A DNA stretch of 64,000 nucleotides. Source: Octopus vulgaris (taxonomy: Eukaryota). The DNA lies in contig OX597816.1 in assembly GCA_951406725.2 (NCBI GenBank), positions 103,292,001 to 103,356,000 on the forward strand. The letters are read 5' to 3'. Positions 14,040-27,574 of this stretch are shown here, in pieces; the first letter of the stretch is position 1; every line of letters begins with the position of its first letter. The notes beneath the pieces are model-generated. The model was not told where the DNA came from. It made no database searches and saw only the letters and a program-made list of their open reading frames with translations. The position numbers and the translations under genes were made by a program.

Positions 14040-14600
14040 CCGCAGAGTTGCTTCAAATTCTAGGCCTCATCATCATTAACGATTCTCTTGGCAGGCGCAC
14101 ATCTTCAACGCAACAAAAAACTGTATCACACTGGCTGGCCTTTCTCATCAGAGCAGGAAAATGTTTCAGACTCTCAAAACGTCAAAACCTCTACAAAGCT
14201 CAAGTGAGACTCACAACGGTGTACCGCATCCGTATCCGATACAATGTTGCTGCTACACTCACATATTTATTAGATAGTAATAAAAAAATATCTATTCGAC
14301 TGATATGTGAAAAATCATTCATTAATACACTCCAACTTATGACCACACTCATGTTGCAGCTTTTCCGTTTTTTCCATCGCTGCTTCTAGGAGCGGACACC
14401 ACTGTCCCCTATCACATTCACTCAATCCCTAACTTCTTTGCCTTTTCTCCTTTCGTCACCAATACTGCGTCCTCTCCTCCCTTAAGCACCACTTTAACCA
14501 CTATGTCCAATCTTTTTTCCTCAATGAAGGCAATGTTCTAGAATTCTATTCTTGCACAGCCATTGATTTGAAAGTGTTGAAAAGGCACGTTAACCACTTT
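14040..14600 (+). pseudogene. Decayed non-LTR (Jockey/CR1-like) RT C-terminal fragment
   Basis: LQILG..., LAFLIRAGKCF...LYKAQVR and LLDS...IRLI match the typical RT C-terminal pattern LYKAQxRP...LDxxQxxAxRLI; frameshifted. Confidence 0.65.
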
Positions 14601-14680
14601 AGTATCTCCATTTTCGGAAGTCCTGAGAAGGCCATAGATTCAATCCTCTCCGCTCACCGCCTTCGTAATAGAAATAATAT

Positions 14681-14895
14681 TGGTTTCGAATTTTGGTACA
14701 AGGTCAGAAATTGTTGGGGAGGGAATAAGTCGATTACATCGACCTCTGTGCTAAACTAACACTTATTTTATCGAACGTGATAAGATGAAAGGCAAAGTCC
14801 ACCTCGGCGGAATTTGAACTCAGGACGTGAAGACGGAAGAAATGCCGCTAAGCATTTTGCCCGGCGTGGTAACAATTCTGCTAGCTCACCGCCTT
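14681..14895 (-). mobile_element. SINE family A, near full-length monomer
   Basis: Head ggcggtgagctagcagaat, B-box-like gagttcaaattcc, core gcctttcatc..gataaaataag, tail ccttgtaccaaaatt. Confidence 0.85.
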
Positions 14896-14985
14896 GATAA
14901 CAGTAATAATAGTAATAATATTACAAGGAGGAATAACAGCATCAATCGCAATAGTTAAGCAGCAGCAGCAGCAGCATAGCAGTAA

Positions 14986-15044
<59 letters not shown>

Positions 15045-15567
15045 AGAATGTAGGAGGGAAAGTTGTAGAGAAAGATTGCTTAATGTGATATAGCAATAAT
15101 TTTTGACATTAATACCATTAACAGCAACAGCAGCAGCCGATATAAAGAACTCTGCAAGATCCACTTAATATAATGTAAAGCAAAAGCCTTTACTAAATCA
15201 ATGTATTATCAGATATTCAACGAAATAAAGAATCAAAGCTAAATGTCAAGTTCACTAAACTATAATATGATTTCAACATTGCCATTAAAAATAAAAATAA
15301 AACAAATTCCATTAATGTCTCACCACCGCTACTACCCCCACCATCATCACCACTACCACTACCACTGCCACTATTATCAACTCTATCAACACTGAAAAAT
15401 CCAAGAGCAGCAACAACGACGATGACAACAACAAGGAACGTATTGTGGGTTTTATGTCATTAACCTGTAATATTGATTTCTAGCAAAACGCACAAGACCT
15501 CCTCAAAATTAGTGGGAAAGAGAACAGGCGAGTGCACTGAGTTCTCTGCATTCAGAGCCTTCTTTAT

Positions 15568-15950
15568 AAAGGAGTGGCTGTGACAGCGTGGAAAGAAATC
15601 TGTTCTCCAACCATAAGGTTCCTGGGTTCAGTACCACCGCATGGCACCTTAGGAAAATGTCATTTATTGTAATCCTGGGCCGACAAAAAGCTTAGTGAGT
15701 GGATTTGGTAGACGGAAACTGAAGGAAGAACGTCATTTGTGTGTGTGTATGTTTGTATGTGTGCAAATGTGTGTGTCTTTGTGTTTGTATCCACCACAGC
15801 TTGGCAACCAGTTTTGGTTTTTTCAAAATCTATAGAATAAGTTCCAGGTGCAGAAAAAAGTATTGGGAGTTGATGTGTTCGATCAAACCCTTCAAAGCGG
15901 TGCTACAGCATGGCCGCAATCTACTGACTGAAACAAGTAAAAGATAAAAG
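15568..15950 (+). mobile_element. SINE family B copy
   Basis: ggagtggctgtg...gggttcagtaccaccgcatggcacctt...ggatttggtagacggaaactgaa...gcatggccgca...actgaaacaagtaaaaga. Confidence 0.8.
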
Positions 15951-17499
15951 ATAAAAAAAAAAAACTTGAAATGAAAACTAAAAATAAAAACTAAGAACTC
16001 AGAGCTTAAAATGTAACTAAATGCCTTGGCCACTTACCTGCGGCTGTGCCAATCCTAAGTCCGTTACCTTATCTTTATGGCAAGGAAGTATATATAATAA
16101 GAAACCTGGGAAACTACTACGTCGTCGTTCAAGCTGTTAGAAATAGTAGTCAAATCACCATCAAATTACTCGCTATCTGATTTTTTCAAATGAGTAATCA
16201 CTGTATCAACAGACTCTCGGATGTCGTTATACAACCCCTGGTCATAATGAGTTTTCTTGCATTGTGTCAGTTTTTGAATGATGCCACCCTGCTAGTGAAG
16301 CGAGGGAACTAATATCCCTTCTAAACGAGACGCCAGTTCGTCACAGGGTTATCCATTTAGAGCTGAGTGGACTGGAGCAATGTGAAATGAAGGGGTTTTC
16401 TCATAAATACGATGCATCGCCGATCTGGGAATGGAAACCACGATATTGAGAGTAATGCTTTGCCCAATAGGCCACGCACCTTCACTAAAATATTTGAAAC
16501 GGACAACATCGAGAATGTATGATTTAAACAGCTAATATACTATTCTATAATATTGGTTTTAAATTTTGGCACAAGGCCAGCAATTTAGAGGGAGTGGGTT
16601 AAGTTGATTAAATGGACCCCTGTGCTCAACTAATATTTTATCGACCCCGAAAGGATAAAAGGCTTAGTCATCCTCGACGGAATTTGAATTCAGAACGCAA
16701 AGACGGCTTCCTAATGATCCTACCAGCTCGCTGCCTTCATGATGAACAGAAATATTGAATTAGCCCTTTCATTACTCTACTTCTAATTAATAGAAACCTC
16801 TATGTATCTCCATCAAATTCTAAAATAATTGTCAATTTAGACTAGTAGCGAAAAAAAAAGAAGAAAACAGAAAAAAAAAACCAACTTTATATTTCTGAAT
16901 ATATTTAAGTGGCGTTTTGAACACGACCTAACAAAATGATTTTCCATTTATTTATCGTCCTAAAATTACTCTTATTACAGACATGTACTTATACAACTTG
17001 AATTTTTTCACCTCTTAGTCAGAGAGAGAACAGTAGTACTCATGGACCTATTTCATCAGAACTTTAAGACTTGTGGGAAAAAGGGATGTAGTTTTCCTTT
17101 AATCAGAAACGTTGTCCAAATCTTTGCAACAGAATGAACTCTGCTAAAAGCAATAAACGCTATATAGATGTTAATTCCAATTTTGTTTAAATATCATCAT
17201 ATAAATGAGTTATTAGTCAATTATATTGCTTAATGCCTATTATTATATTTACAAGGAGAAACAGCGTTTATCCTAGTTGTCTTAATGGGACTAAGTATGG
17301 TGTGATGTAGTAATTTAAAAGCAGCAGTTGCTGGAAAAGTAAACGGGCTGGAAGGTATGTATTGATGGTCATTGGAAAGGTCAAAAGTAAAAACCAGTTC
17401 CATTTTAGTAGAAAACATTAAGTAATAAAAAAGAAGGAAGGAAGAAGACCGATGTTTATGTCGAATTAAAACAGTGTTTGATCAATACGCTTTTACTGA

Positions 17500-17912
17500 A
17501 TAAGAACAAAGAGGAGGTGGATGTTGATGGTGGTGGGTGATGGGCAATTGGTGGGGTTAGTAGTTTTGGTGGTGGTAATGATGGTAGTAGCAGTGGTGGT
17601 AGTGGCGGTGATATAGGTGGTGGTCATCTTAATGGGCTTCGGTTGACGATGGTTATAAGGTTCATGGCTATGATGATGATAAGACAATGATAATGATGGT
17701 GAGATTGATGATGATGATGACGATGACGATGATGATGATGATGATGACGATGATGATGATGATGATGACGACGACGACGACGACGATGACGATGATGACG
17801 GTACATTTGTGGATGATGTTGATGATTATGGTGGTAGTAATGATAATGCTGCTGCTGATGATCAGGATGATGGAGGTGAAAATGATGATGATGATGATGA
17901 TGATGATGATCA
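17500..17912. repeat. (GAT/GAC/GGT)n trinucleotide array
   Basis: Read directly; explains the poly-M/H/I ORFs. Confidence 0.95.
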
Positions 17913-18049
17913 ATATTCCAGCTTGGTAATAAAAAATCAGTAATAGTATTCTAACTTTGGTACAAATCCATACATTTAAATTTGGGTTAAGTGTTGATTT
18001 CATATTTAATTGGCTCCAGTACTTGACTGGTATTTCCTTCACCGAAAGG

Positions 18050-18300
18050 TATGCACTTCACATGGTGACAAACACATCCTATTACGCATTTGGACAGGTC
18101 TTCCGCCACATCTTCTTTCGAAGGTCTTGTGTCTTCTTTCTTTTAAGATAATCAAGATGTCATCTTCGTTTCTCTCATTTTCCTGAATGAATTCGTCAGG
18201 CACGGAGGTACTAGCTTTTGTAGCATACCTGTCCCATGTCTTCCTTTTTTTTGAGCTGCTTGATATCGAAGAATTCCTTATGAGCTACAACACTTGCAAA
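18050..18300 (-). pseudogene. Possible piggyBac-like transposase C-terminal remnant
   Basis: Minus strand GRYATKASTSVPDE..., ERRCGGRP and SKCVIGCVC, in shifting frames, resemble the PGBD VPDExRxD...RC...CxKC Cys-rich tail. Confidence 0.4.
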
Positions 18301-18897
18301 GAATGAATTACAACTGCTTCTGTTGACGTTGTTGATGTTGATGCAGTTATTACTGTTGTTACCATTGCTGCAGTTGTTGTTGACGGTGGTTTTACGCTTG
18401 TTTGGGTCTTTTAAGGTTGTGATTTTTTGCTTGAGAAATTGAAATTGCCTGTGTTTATAACTGTGTTTGTTTAATTGTCATTATTTGTTTAGCGGAATGT
18501 ATTCATTGGCAACAACACCTCCCGCTGCCGCGGAGGTGATGATATTAAAATGCCGATAAACAAAGCAAAATGGATGCTTGCTAAAATGTGTTTGCACTAT
18601 GAATATCTGGGGACCAACCTTCTTTTACTACCCCAGGATAATGGGGTGAGTACTAAAATATTCCGAATCCATTTGTTGATAAGAGCACACATAAACACAC
18701 TTGCAAAAGCATCACACACATACGCGCGCGCGATAACAAACATCTCAACTTCTCACTCATACCGTTTAGAAGGTTTATCGATCAATTATTTGAGGAAGAG
18801 AATATCTGGTAAACGGAATTATGTAAAACGCGACCCTTCACGGGAAATATACCCATGACTATTAAGTACAACCAGAACAACACAGTTATTTTATTAC

Positions 18898-18972
<75 letters not shown>

Positions 18973-19415
18973 TGTGTGTGTGTGTGTGTGCAAGCGCGTG
19001 TATACATACATATATACACGCATACACGCTAATAGACGTGATGGTCACTCCTGGAACTCTTTTAATTGAAAGCCAGTTGAATCACTGTTGATCTATGAAT
19101 TGAACCCCTTCACTAACAAAGTAGGGGGGCACTTAGAGTGTGTATTTCTAGATACACATTACTTGAATATTAAGAAGCGGGACGGTCGTGGTTAGGTAGT
19201 TTTTGAACAAATATTTGCTTTATTGTGCGTGGCCAACTCGGAGTTAAACCACTAAAACAACGTACAACTCATCTTGCTTACTTTGGATTTTTAGCTCCTG
19301 AACAAGTCACAGGGACGCCGTCGTGACATACGTGTTGCGGGAGTCGTAAATTAAAAGTGCCTACCCTTCTCCAGTCTAGACGACAGACGATTTCTTTCCC
19401 AGAGACTGAAAGATT

Positions 19416-19509
<94 letters not shown>

Positions 19510-20259
19510 AGTACTGGTATTTTAATTTATCGATCCTAAGAAAGATGAAAGCTAAAGTTGACCTGGGCGAGCTTTGAACTCAGAACACAGAGACACCCGA
19601 ACAAATACTGCAAAGCATTCAAACTAACGTTTTAACATCTCTGCTAATTTGCCGCCTTTAATAACGTATCTTACATGACATTGCAATCGGTGCAAAATGC
19701 TCATGAAATTTAATCAGGGTTACACGGTGTAAAATATCACATGAACACTTTTTATCGAGTGGTTTAAATGCGTTTTAATTTAAGTAAAACAACATAAAAA
19801 ATCTAATTGGTTTTTATCTTATAATCAAGCTAAAACACTATATTGATTCTTGACCTGGTGCTTTCCAATATCTAACATAGTTTGGGTTCTGTCTTTGTCT
19901 GCGACATGAATTTTTAGATGTGCCGTTTGATCAGTTTCTCTAAGCATTAATTACTACTTCAAACTGAGTGCAACTTTTCTGTTTAAATTAAATGCTGTGT
20001 GTGTTCCATTTACCATACATTAATCCTCTTGCCACACAGTAGAAGGTATGCATCATATACATATATTCGTACGAACATATAAACATATATACACATATAC
20101 ACTCATGCATACATCATATGCTACAAATGATCACGATATCTGGGCCTATAAAAGTCTGCAAGACCTTCTTAAGATTTAAAAGATGATGGTTAAAACAAGA
20201 CACTATCCTTCACAACATTGCTATCAACTAGGTGACCTATCAAAATTTACTCTAAAATT

Positions 20260-20472
20260 GATTTTAATATTTTTGGCACTAGGTCAGTAATTTTGGGAGA
20301 AGGGTAAGTCGATTACATCGACCCCAATGCTCAACTGGTACTTACTTTATCGACCCCGAAAGAATGAAGGGCAAAGTCGACCTCAGCGGAATTTGAACTC
20401 AGAACGTGACGAACGAAATACCACTAAGCATTTCACCCGGCGTGCTAACTATTCTGTCTGCTCGCCGCTTTC
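20260..20472 (-). mobile_element. SINE family A with 16-bp TSD
   Basis: Flanked by aatttactctaaaatt at 20244-20259 and 20473-20488. Confidence 0.9.
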
Positions 20473-20555
20473 AATTTACTCTAAAATTAAAAAGAAAAGA
20501 ACATACATGCATGCACACATACATACATACATACATACATACATACATACATACA

Positions 20556-20586
<31 letters not shown>

Positions 20587-21257
20587 GCATAGGAATGTTT
20601 CCAGAACAGTTGAGAATGATACTAATACTATTATATTTTGACCGCTACATCATATCATACTTCGAAAGTTATGCTACAAAATACCTGATAAATAAAAGAG
20701 ATGTAGTCCTTGAAGCCTCAAAATGCAACCCCAAAAGTTGATTATGTTACATTTCTGTGGAAAATACACGCAGAAACAGTAGCTGCCCAAAATGTACTAC
20801 CTTTTGTAAGGGTGTGTGTGTGTGATTTTATGTGTGTGTACTTGTGATTTATGGCTTCAAACGTAAACCCTACGTCAAATACAGATAATTTGTTAAACAT
20901 ATAATATAATCATCAATTCTTCATAGTCTCCATATTATGTTTTCACTTCATTTGGCTAAAAGTTGATACTTGTTTACTTCTCGTAATTCATTTTATGTTG
21001 TTTTTTCTTGACATGTATACAGAGATATGCATGCACGCGCGAACGTACACCTCCACGCATGTACAGAGTTTTATTACAAAATTAAACATATTTAGTTAAA
21101 ATTATTACGCAAATACAATAAATAGAATCAAAGCAATGGAAATTGAGAAATTAATATATTCTGATGTAAGAGCATTGTAGTTTGCTAGAAGCATTGTGAT
21201 ACAGAACAAATATTGAAGAAGGCGAAGTTCCTACGATACGAAAAGAAAGAGTTTGAT

Positions 21258-21740
21258 AATCTTTATATATTTCAGACACAAAGGCCCATCATCACAAATA
21301 AATGGCACAAAGAAATGTAAGTTTATGTAGAGCAGTGTTTCTCAAACTTTTTCGGACTGCCGCCCCTTTGGCATCCAGGTCACATTCTTAGGAACCCCAC
21401 CCTCCACAACTCACTACCACAAACATAAACGAATTTCTGCAGCAAATTCAAAACAACCGTATTTAACAAATAAATCTTAACTTAATTAAGGCATCCTTTT
21501 GTTGTTTTTACCTTCATCACTCCCCCTTTGGCCACCCCTTTATTGCTCCACTTTCCTTCACTGCCCCACCCCGCTTGATCTTTCCACCGCTCTCAGAGCG
21601 GGAGTACCACCGACTTCGGGAACCATTGATTTAGAGATTGCCGTGTTGATTACAGTCATAACAGAATCTACGTAAACTTTCATTTATGGGAGCCGTTCAC
21701 TTCTGATGATGGGCCTTTGTGCTTGAAATGTATAAAGGTT
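21258..21740. mobile_element. Older fold-back element (~72-bp imperfect arms)
   Basis: 21258-21331 pairs with ~21667-21740, including the cacaaaggcccatcatca/tgatgatgggcctttgtg core. Confidence 0.8.
21333..21628. mobile_element. hAT (Charlie-like) MITE nested in the fold-back
   Basis: Termini cagtgtttctcaaac / cttcgggaaccattg; 8-bp TSD atgtagag / atttagag with one mismatch. Confidence 0.8.
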
Positions 21741-22419
21741 TGGTACGTAGATCTTAGATACATATGTGTGATGGTATGATGCTAAAGAGAGCAGGGTCAG
21801 CGCTGTAAGAAGCTCTCCGGTTCAACATTTGTGATGTCGTAATTTGATATAATTTCGATATGCTAAGAAATACTGGGTTCCTAAAATCCAAACATGCACT
21901 TAGGCTACGAGAATGAAAAGAATTGATTGGATTTTTAATAATAATTTTCAAATGAAGGCATGATTTTATCTAAATTTTTCATCATCCGCATTCATGAAAT
22001 CCTATTATCATTTATTTTAGCTTTAGGATTAATAAAATCAATACAATGTCCCAAATCAAAATTTTCATGGGTGGTTAATGCTCAATATTCTTTCCTTAGT
22101 CGATGCAGTTATAAGAAAAATAAAATAAAAATATTTCGTTTTTGGATTTGGTTTGCAAAATTCTTTATGTTAGTTCGAGTGTATAAGCATATTCTATTGT
22201 GTCTGGGGAGAGTCATTTTCTTTTTGTGTCTTATAATTTAACACACTCAGCGGTAAAATTTCCACTTATTTCTTATTTTTATTTTCCTAAAATTTTCGTT
22301 GTATCTTGCAACCTTTCCAATAGTTTTTCTAGACTACTTCTGAAGTTCTGCTAGCTATGAAACATATGTAGCGTGGATTTTATCTACACCATTCCTTAAC
22401 TTTGAATATATATATATTT

Positions 22420-22456
<37 letters not shown>

Positions 22457-22701
22457 AATTTAATGCACAAAATATGGATTTATCTAATCCGGTGGCACTG
22501 ACAAAAAGCTCCTTCAGTGGAAGAGTCCCTAAACCACGGAGTAAACCAATACAATATGTGTGCATACATATTATATACGCTTACACATTGCGTGGATGTG
22601 TATGTATATAATTTTTACGAGATAGTAAACGGTAACTTCGAAGTGATGTCAGTATTTTTCGTCAGAGACTACTGAGCTGAATCTTCGAAGTCACTATCAA
22701 C

Positions 22702-22738
<37 letters not shown>

Positions 22739-23454
22739 AAACATCGGTGATACTCGATTTAAATGTAATGTTTGATTATTCTATTAATGTTTAATTGTTT
22801 TATAAATGTGTGTGTTTGTGTGAGTATGTCTGTGTCTGTTCGAGTGAGATTGAGGGAGAGAGACTGTGTGTGTATGAGAGAGAGAGAGAGCGAGAGAGAG
22901 AGAGAGAAAGAGGAGGAAGAGAGTATGTGTGTGAATGAAGTGGATTTATTAATTCATGTAATGGACTTTTCAGATGGCGGTGGTTGTTTGTGCTTTCGAA
23001 TCAGCAGACAGTGATACACAGAACCGATTTCATCAATATATCGAATATTGATATCTCTACAAAATGTCATGTATCACAGACTCATAATGGCAGCTGAAGC
23101 GGTTGTTTTTGGTTTTGTTTTTGTTTTTGTTTTCCGTCTTATTTTAATTCGGACTTGGTGGATGTGTTGGCATTTGCTGGCTGGTGGTTGTAGTTGTACG
23201 GGGTTGCGCATGTTATGTCGACACGAGGTGAGAAGGATACAGATTTTGGACATGCAGTTATATAGCGATAAACAATCAAGAACACCCATAAAGACGAACA
23301 TTAATGCATAGACAACCTATGAAGTGAATGCTGAGAATCTACTTAGTGAATACAATTAAACAGCAAATAATTAATAAAACATATTTATTGCATAATAATA
23401 TTTTTGAGGTTGTGATCATTTGCATTTATGAACAGATGTAGGAATATTGGTGTG

Positions 23455-23820
23455 ATGTCGTGTGTGTGTGTATGAGCATGTAATCGTCTGTGGTGTGTGT
23501 GCATGTGTTTGTGTGTGTATAGCTGTGGATTTAGTTGTGTGTATGTGTGTATCCATGGGTACATGAGATGTGTGTGTGTGAGCATGTAATCGTCTGTGGT
23601 GTGTATGTGTGTGTATAGTTGTGGGTTTAGTTGTGTGTATGTGTGTATCCATGGGTGTATGCGTACATGAGATGTGTGTGTGCATGTGTGTATCCATGGG
23701 TGTATGCGTACATGAGATGTGTGTGTGTATGTGTGTGTGTGTGTGTGAGTGTGTGTGTGTGAGTGTGTGTGTGTGTGAGTGTGTGTGTGTGTGAGTGTGT
23801 GTGTGTGAGTGTGTGTGTAG
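23455..23820. repeat. TG-rich composite minisatellite
   Basis: gagcatgtaatcgtctgtgg occurs twice and gtatccatgggt..acatgagatg three times within (TG)n. Confidence 0.85.
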
Positions 23821-23966
23821 ACTGTATTAGTTGAGCACATAGAATATTTTGTGGTTGGCAGAGAGAAACTAATATAATTTCAATAGTTTATACATTGCAG
23901 GTTTATACAAATAGCTACCCACATTTAGAGGGATACAGATGTCTATGACTGATGCACACACAAACA

Positions 23967-24029
<63 letters not shown>

Positions 24030-24694
24030 GCGTGTCTGTAGGTAATTATTTGAAAGACTATATTCATGTACTCTCTCACACATTGAGCCATAAACGTGAA
24101 CACAATCACAGCTAACAACCAGTCAGGTTTACGTTTTCTCTGACCTTTGCTCGTCATGCAATATACATGGGTTCTCTGTGCCCCAGCGGATGTGTCCAAA
24201 TCATCATTAAAACTCAGCAACAAGAAGTAGAAATACTTGTAACACAAGCGTATAAGGCAGGCATCGCCCGCCATTTTAGTTGCACTGCTTCTCACCAGTC
24301 ACCTCTAAAACATTGATTTTCCAGATGGAAGTCATTCTTGAGAATTTTGCTATCTTGCGTATTATACATTCCCACAGCATTTGCAAGCACCAACGCATTC
24401 AGTCAGTGAAATTCAAGCCAGTGGCGGACAAAAGCTCATGAAGGCGCCTCCACAATGTCACTCGGCATGCTAGAAATAGTAGGCACCCTAGCTCTTATCA
24501 TAAAAATGAGAAGTAAATACTTGATAATGTTATTCTAGATGCTGCTATGCCTGAAGTGAAGATTGAGTGGTCACTTTTGGAACACCTTTTATTACACGTC
24601 TGCTAGGATACACAAAACAATATCCCAAATACATAGATAAGCATATACACACATACGTACATACATACATATACACATGCATGCAAACATGCAT

Positions 24695-24782
24695 ACATGA
24701 TGAAGGCTGGGGGTTATATTAGCAAAACGTTGTGTTAACAACAAACAAGATGAGGACAAATATCCGTCAATTGTAAATAATG
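24695..24782 (+). mobile_element. Solo Penelope-like terminal repeat fragment with degenerate hammerhead
   Basis: Matches 27275-27360 (tgatgaaggctgg...aaacgttgtgttaacaacaaacaagatga.gacaaatatccgtcaa). Confidence 0.8.
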
Positions 24783-25367
24783 AAAATAATGTTAATATTT
24801 TTGCTTCTGATATTCACCTTTTCTTTTGTTAATTCAGCTTCTTTAAAGAATTACTGTGTCTTTAGTTCTCCTTTATACCTACATATACAGTGACGCACAA
24901 TGGTTATTGTCACCAAAGTTCGCGCTATGCTATTAAAATCTGCTAACTATTCTGACATAAAGATTGCTAATAGAAAAAAAAATAAAGAAATGAACGTGAC
25001 TTCCTCTTTGTTTCTGAGCGTGTATTATCAGATTAGAAAATAATTTATCAGCAGATTATAACAGAAAATTGCAAGAACAGAATAATTATAAAAAAAATTT
25101 AAAAATCTGCTTTAGTTAATGGATTTTCAATGAATTTATGACACAACTTTACTAACAGAGAATGTGATATTTAGGTCGTTCACCTTTCGGTCCTTACTTT
25201 TTTGTTTCACTCTTCTCCCGTTATATGGCCATACATCCACTGCCATACCGTGATACAAGGGGTTGTGGTGCATACCCTGCTATCTGTAAACGATTGAATG
25301 TTTCTTAAAAGGAAACAGAAGGAATTCATACATTTATTAATGTGCTTTAATAATTTGTGATAAGCAA

Positions 25368-25805
25368 GGCAGTGAGCTGGCAAATTCGTTAGCACGCGGG
25401 GCAAAATGCTTAGCGGCAATTCCTCCGTCATTACGTTCCGAGTTCAAATTCCGTCGAGGTCGACTTTATCTTCCATCCTTTCGGGATCGATAAAATAAGT
25501 ACCAATTGAGCACTGGGGTCGGCATAATTGATTTACTCCATCCCCCGAAATTGCTGACCTTGTGCCAAAATTTGAAAATAATATATGTGGTAAGTAAGGC
25601 GACGAGTTGGCAGAACCGTTAGTACGCCGTACAAAATGCTTATTTCGTCTGTCTTTACGTTCTGAGTTCAAATTCCACCAAGGTCGATTTTGCCTTTCAT
25701 CTTTTCGGGGTCGATAAAATAAGCACCAGTGGAGTGTTGGGGTCAATGTAATCGATTTAACACGACACCCGAAATTGCAGGCCTTGTGCCAAAATTTGAA
25801 ACTAA
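25368..25805 (+). mobile_element. Two tandem SINE family A monomers
   Basis: Two head-core-tail units starting at ~25368 and ~25598. Confidence 0.85.
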
Positions 25806-26384
25806 TGTTTGAGATGAGTCTACTACATTTGATGGATGTGTAGTATACAACATGGGGTAAGTACATCAGAAAATTACACTCTGTTACATGCCTAACTCCT
25901 CATCCGTTCCATATTAAGTATGTCTGTTAAAATAACAACCCAACATCGTTTAAATGTACTGGACTACTTTCAAACGTCAAGCGAGCCTGATATTTAGTAC
26001 TGGAAAGCGAAGAGAAATAATTTTCCCATGTCTTTTTGACAGGCTCAAGCACCACACTGGCGCGCACACACACAGTCGCACACGCACACACACACACACA
26101 CACGCACACACACACACACACGCACACACACACACACGCACACACACAGAGGCTCATACGCGTACGTACACAGACGCACACGCACACAGACGCACACGCA
26201 CACACACAGAGGCTCATACGCGCACACACATACGAGCACACATGCACATGCATACACACACGTAAACGAGTCAATGAGCGAGCCTCTGTGTGGTCGCTCA
26301 CCCTAAAAGAAATAGCAGCTAAATCTCTATCAAACTACACTATTCCATCAATAAAAATTACTGAAATGAAAATGAATGGTTAAT

Positions 26385-27238
26385 ATTGAACTATTAACTT
26401 CACAGAATTGATCAAGGATACCCCCATTGAATCAACCAGGTGGTGAGTCTAGATATGATAAGTCTGTTCACCAAAGTTCCAACTGGTGAATCACTATCGG
26501 TGATTTAAGAGAAACTAGTGACAGATACCCATCTAAAAGAACGCACTAGTATACCTATAAGAAACTTGATGGAAATGTTGACCTTGTGTATAGAAACTAC
26601 TTATTTCAGTATGGACACTGATCTATATCGACAGGAAGAGGGTTTAGCTATGGGTTCACCATTATCACCGATAATAGCCAATATATACATGGAATACTTG
26701 AGAATTTAGCTTTAGGATCAACACCACTAAAACCAACCCTATGGCTGCAATACGCTGATGACACCTTTATACTCTGGCCTCACCAGGAAGATGTCCAAGT
26801 GCTGTTAGATCATGTGAACTCAATAAAGCCATCCATACCGTTCACAATGGGAAAGGGAAAAGACAATCAGCTAGCATTCCTGGATGTATCAATAACACGC
26901 ACCAAGTATGGATTCAGGACATCCGTTCACCGCAAGCCGATCTTCACTGGACGATTCCTCAACTTCAATTCTCACCATCCATACAGTGTAAAGAGAGGGA
27001 TTGCTCAGTGCCTAAAACATCGAGCAAAGACTATAAGTAGCGATCGTGATACCCACCACGAAGAAATGATTAAGCTCAGTAACAATCTATTAAGCAACAA
27101 CTACCCAAAAAACATACTATCCACTCCAATTATGAAGTAAAGGGAGGATGAAACCAATAAACTGTTCATAGTCTGCCTACCCTATGTGAAAGGCCTCTCC
27201 GAAAAGATACAAAAGACATGCGGCCCTTATGACATCAG
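26385..27238 (+). pseudogene. Penelope-like element reverse transcriptase fragment (disrupted)
   Basis: VSLD..SLFTKVP, YRQEEGLAMGSPLSPIIANIYME, WLQYADDT, LAFLDV, VHRKP...LNFNSHHP..VKRG and LPYVKG are PLE RT motifs; a stop and frameshifts are present. Confidence 0.92.
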
Positions 27239-27270
27239 GCAGTGAGAACCCAGGTTCGAAATTTCCCCAA

Positions 27271-27316
27271 AACACCTGATGAAAGCTGGAGGGTATATCA
27301 GCCGAAACGTTGTGTT
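27271..27316 (+). ncRNA. Minimal type I hammerhead ribozyme in the Penelope terminal repeat
   Basis: AACAC-CTGATGA-aa-gctg(gagggtatat)cagc-c-GAAAC-GTT-GTGTT: intact core, stem I AACAC/GTGTT, stem II gctg/cagc, palindromic ACGT stem III. Confidence 0.8.
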
Positions 27317-27458
27317 AACAACAAACAAGATGAAGACAAATATCCGTCAAATGTAAATAATATAATATTGAAATGTCTTCACGCATAGCTTTGCTGAATC
27401 TGACCTAACCTGAGATACACTCACATGCAAAATATTCGAATACATGTACCTGCACATT

Positions 27459-27574
<116 letters not shown>

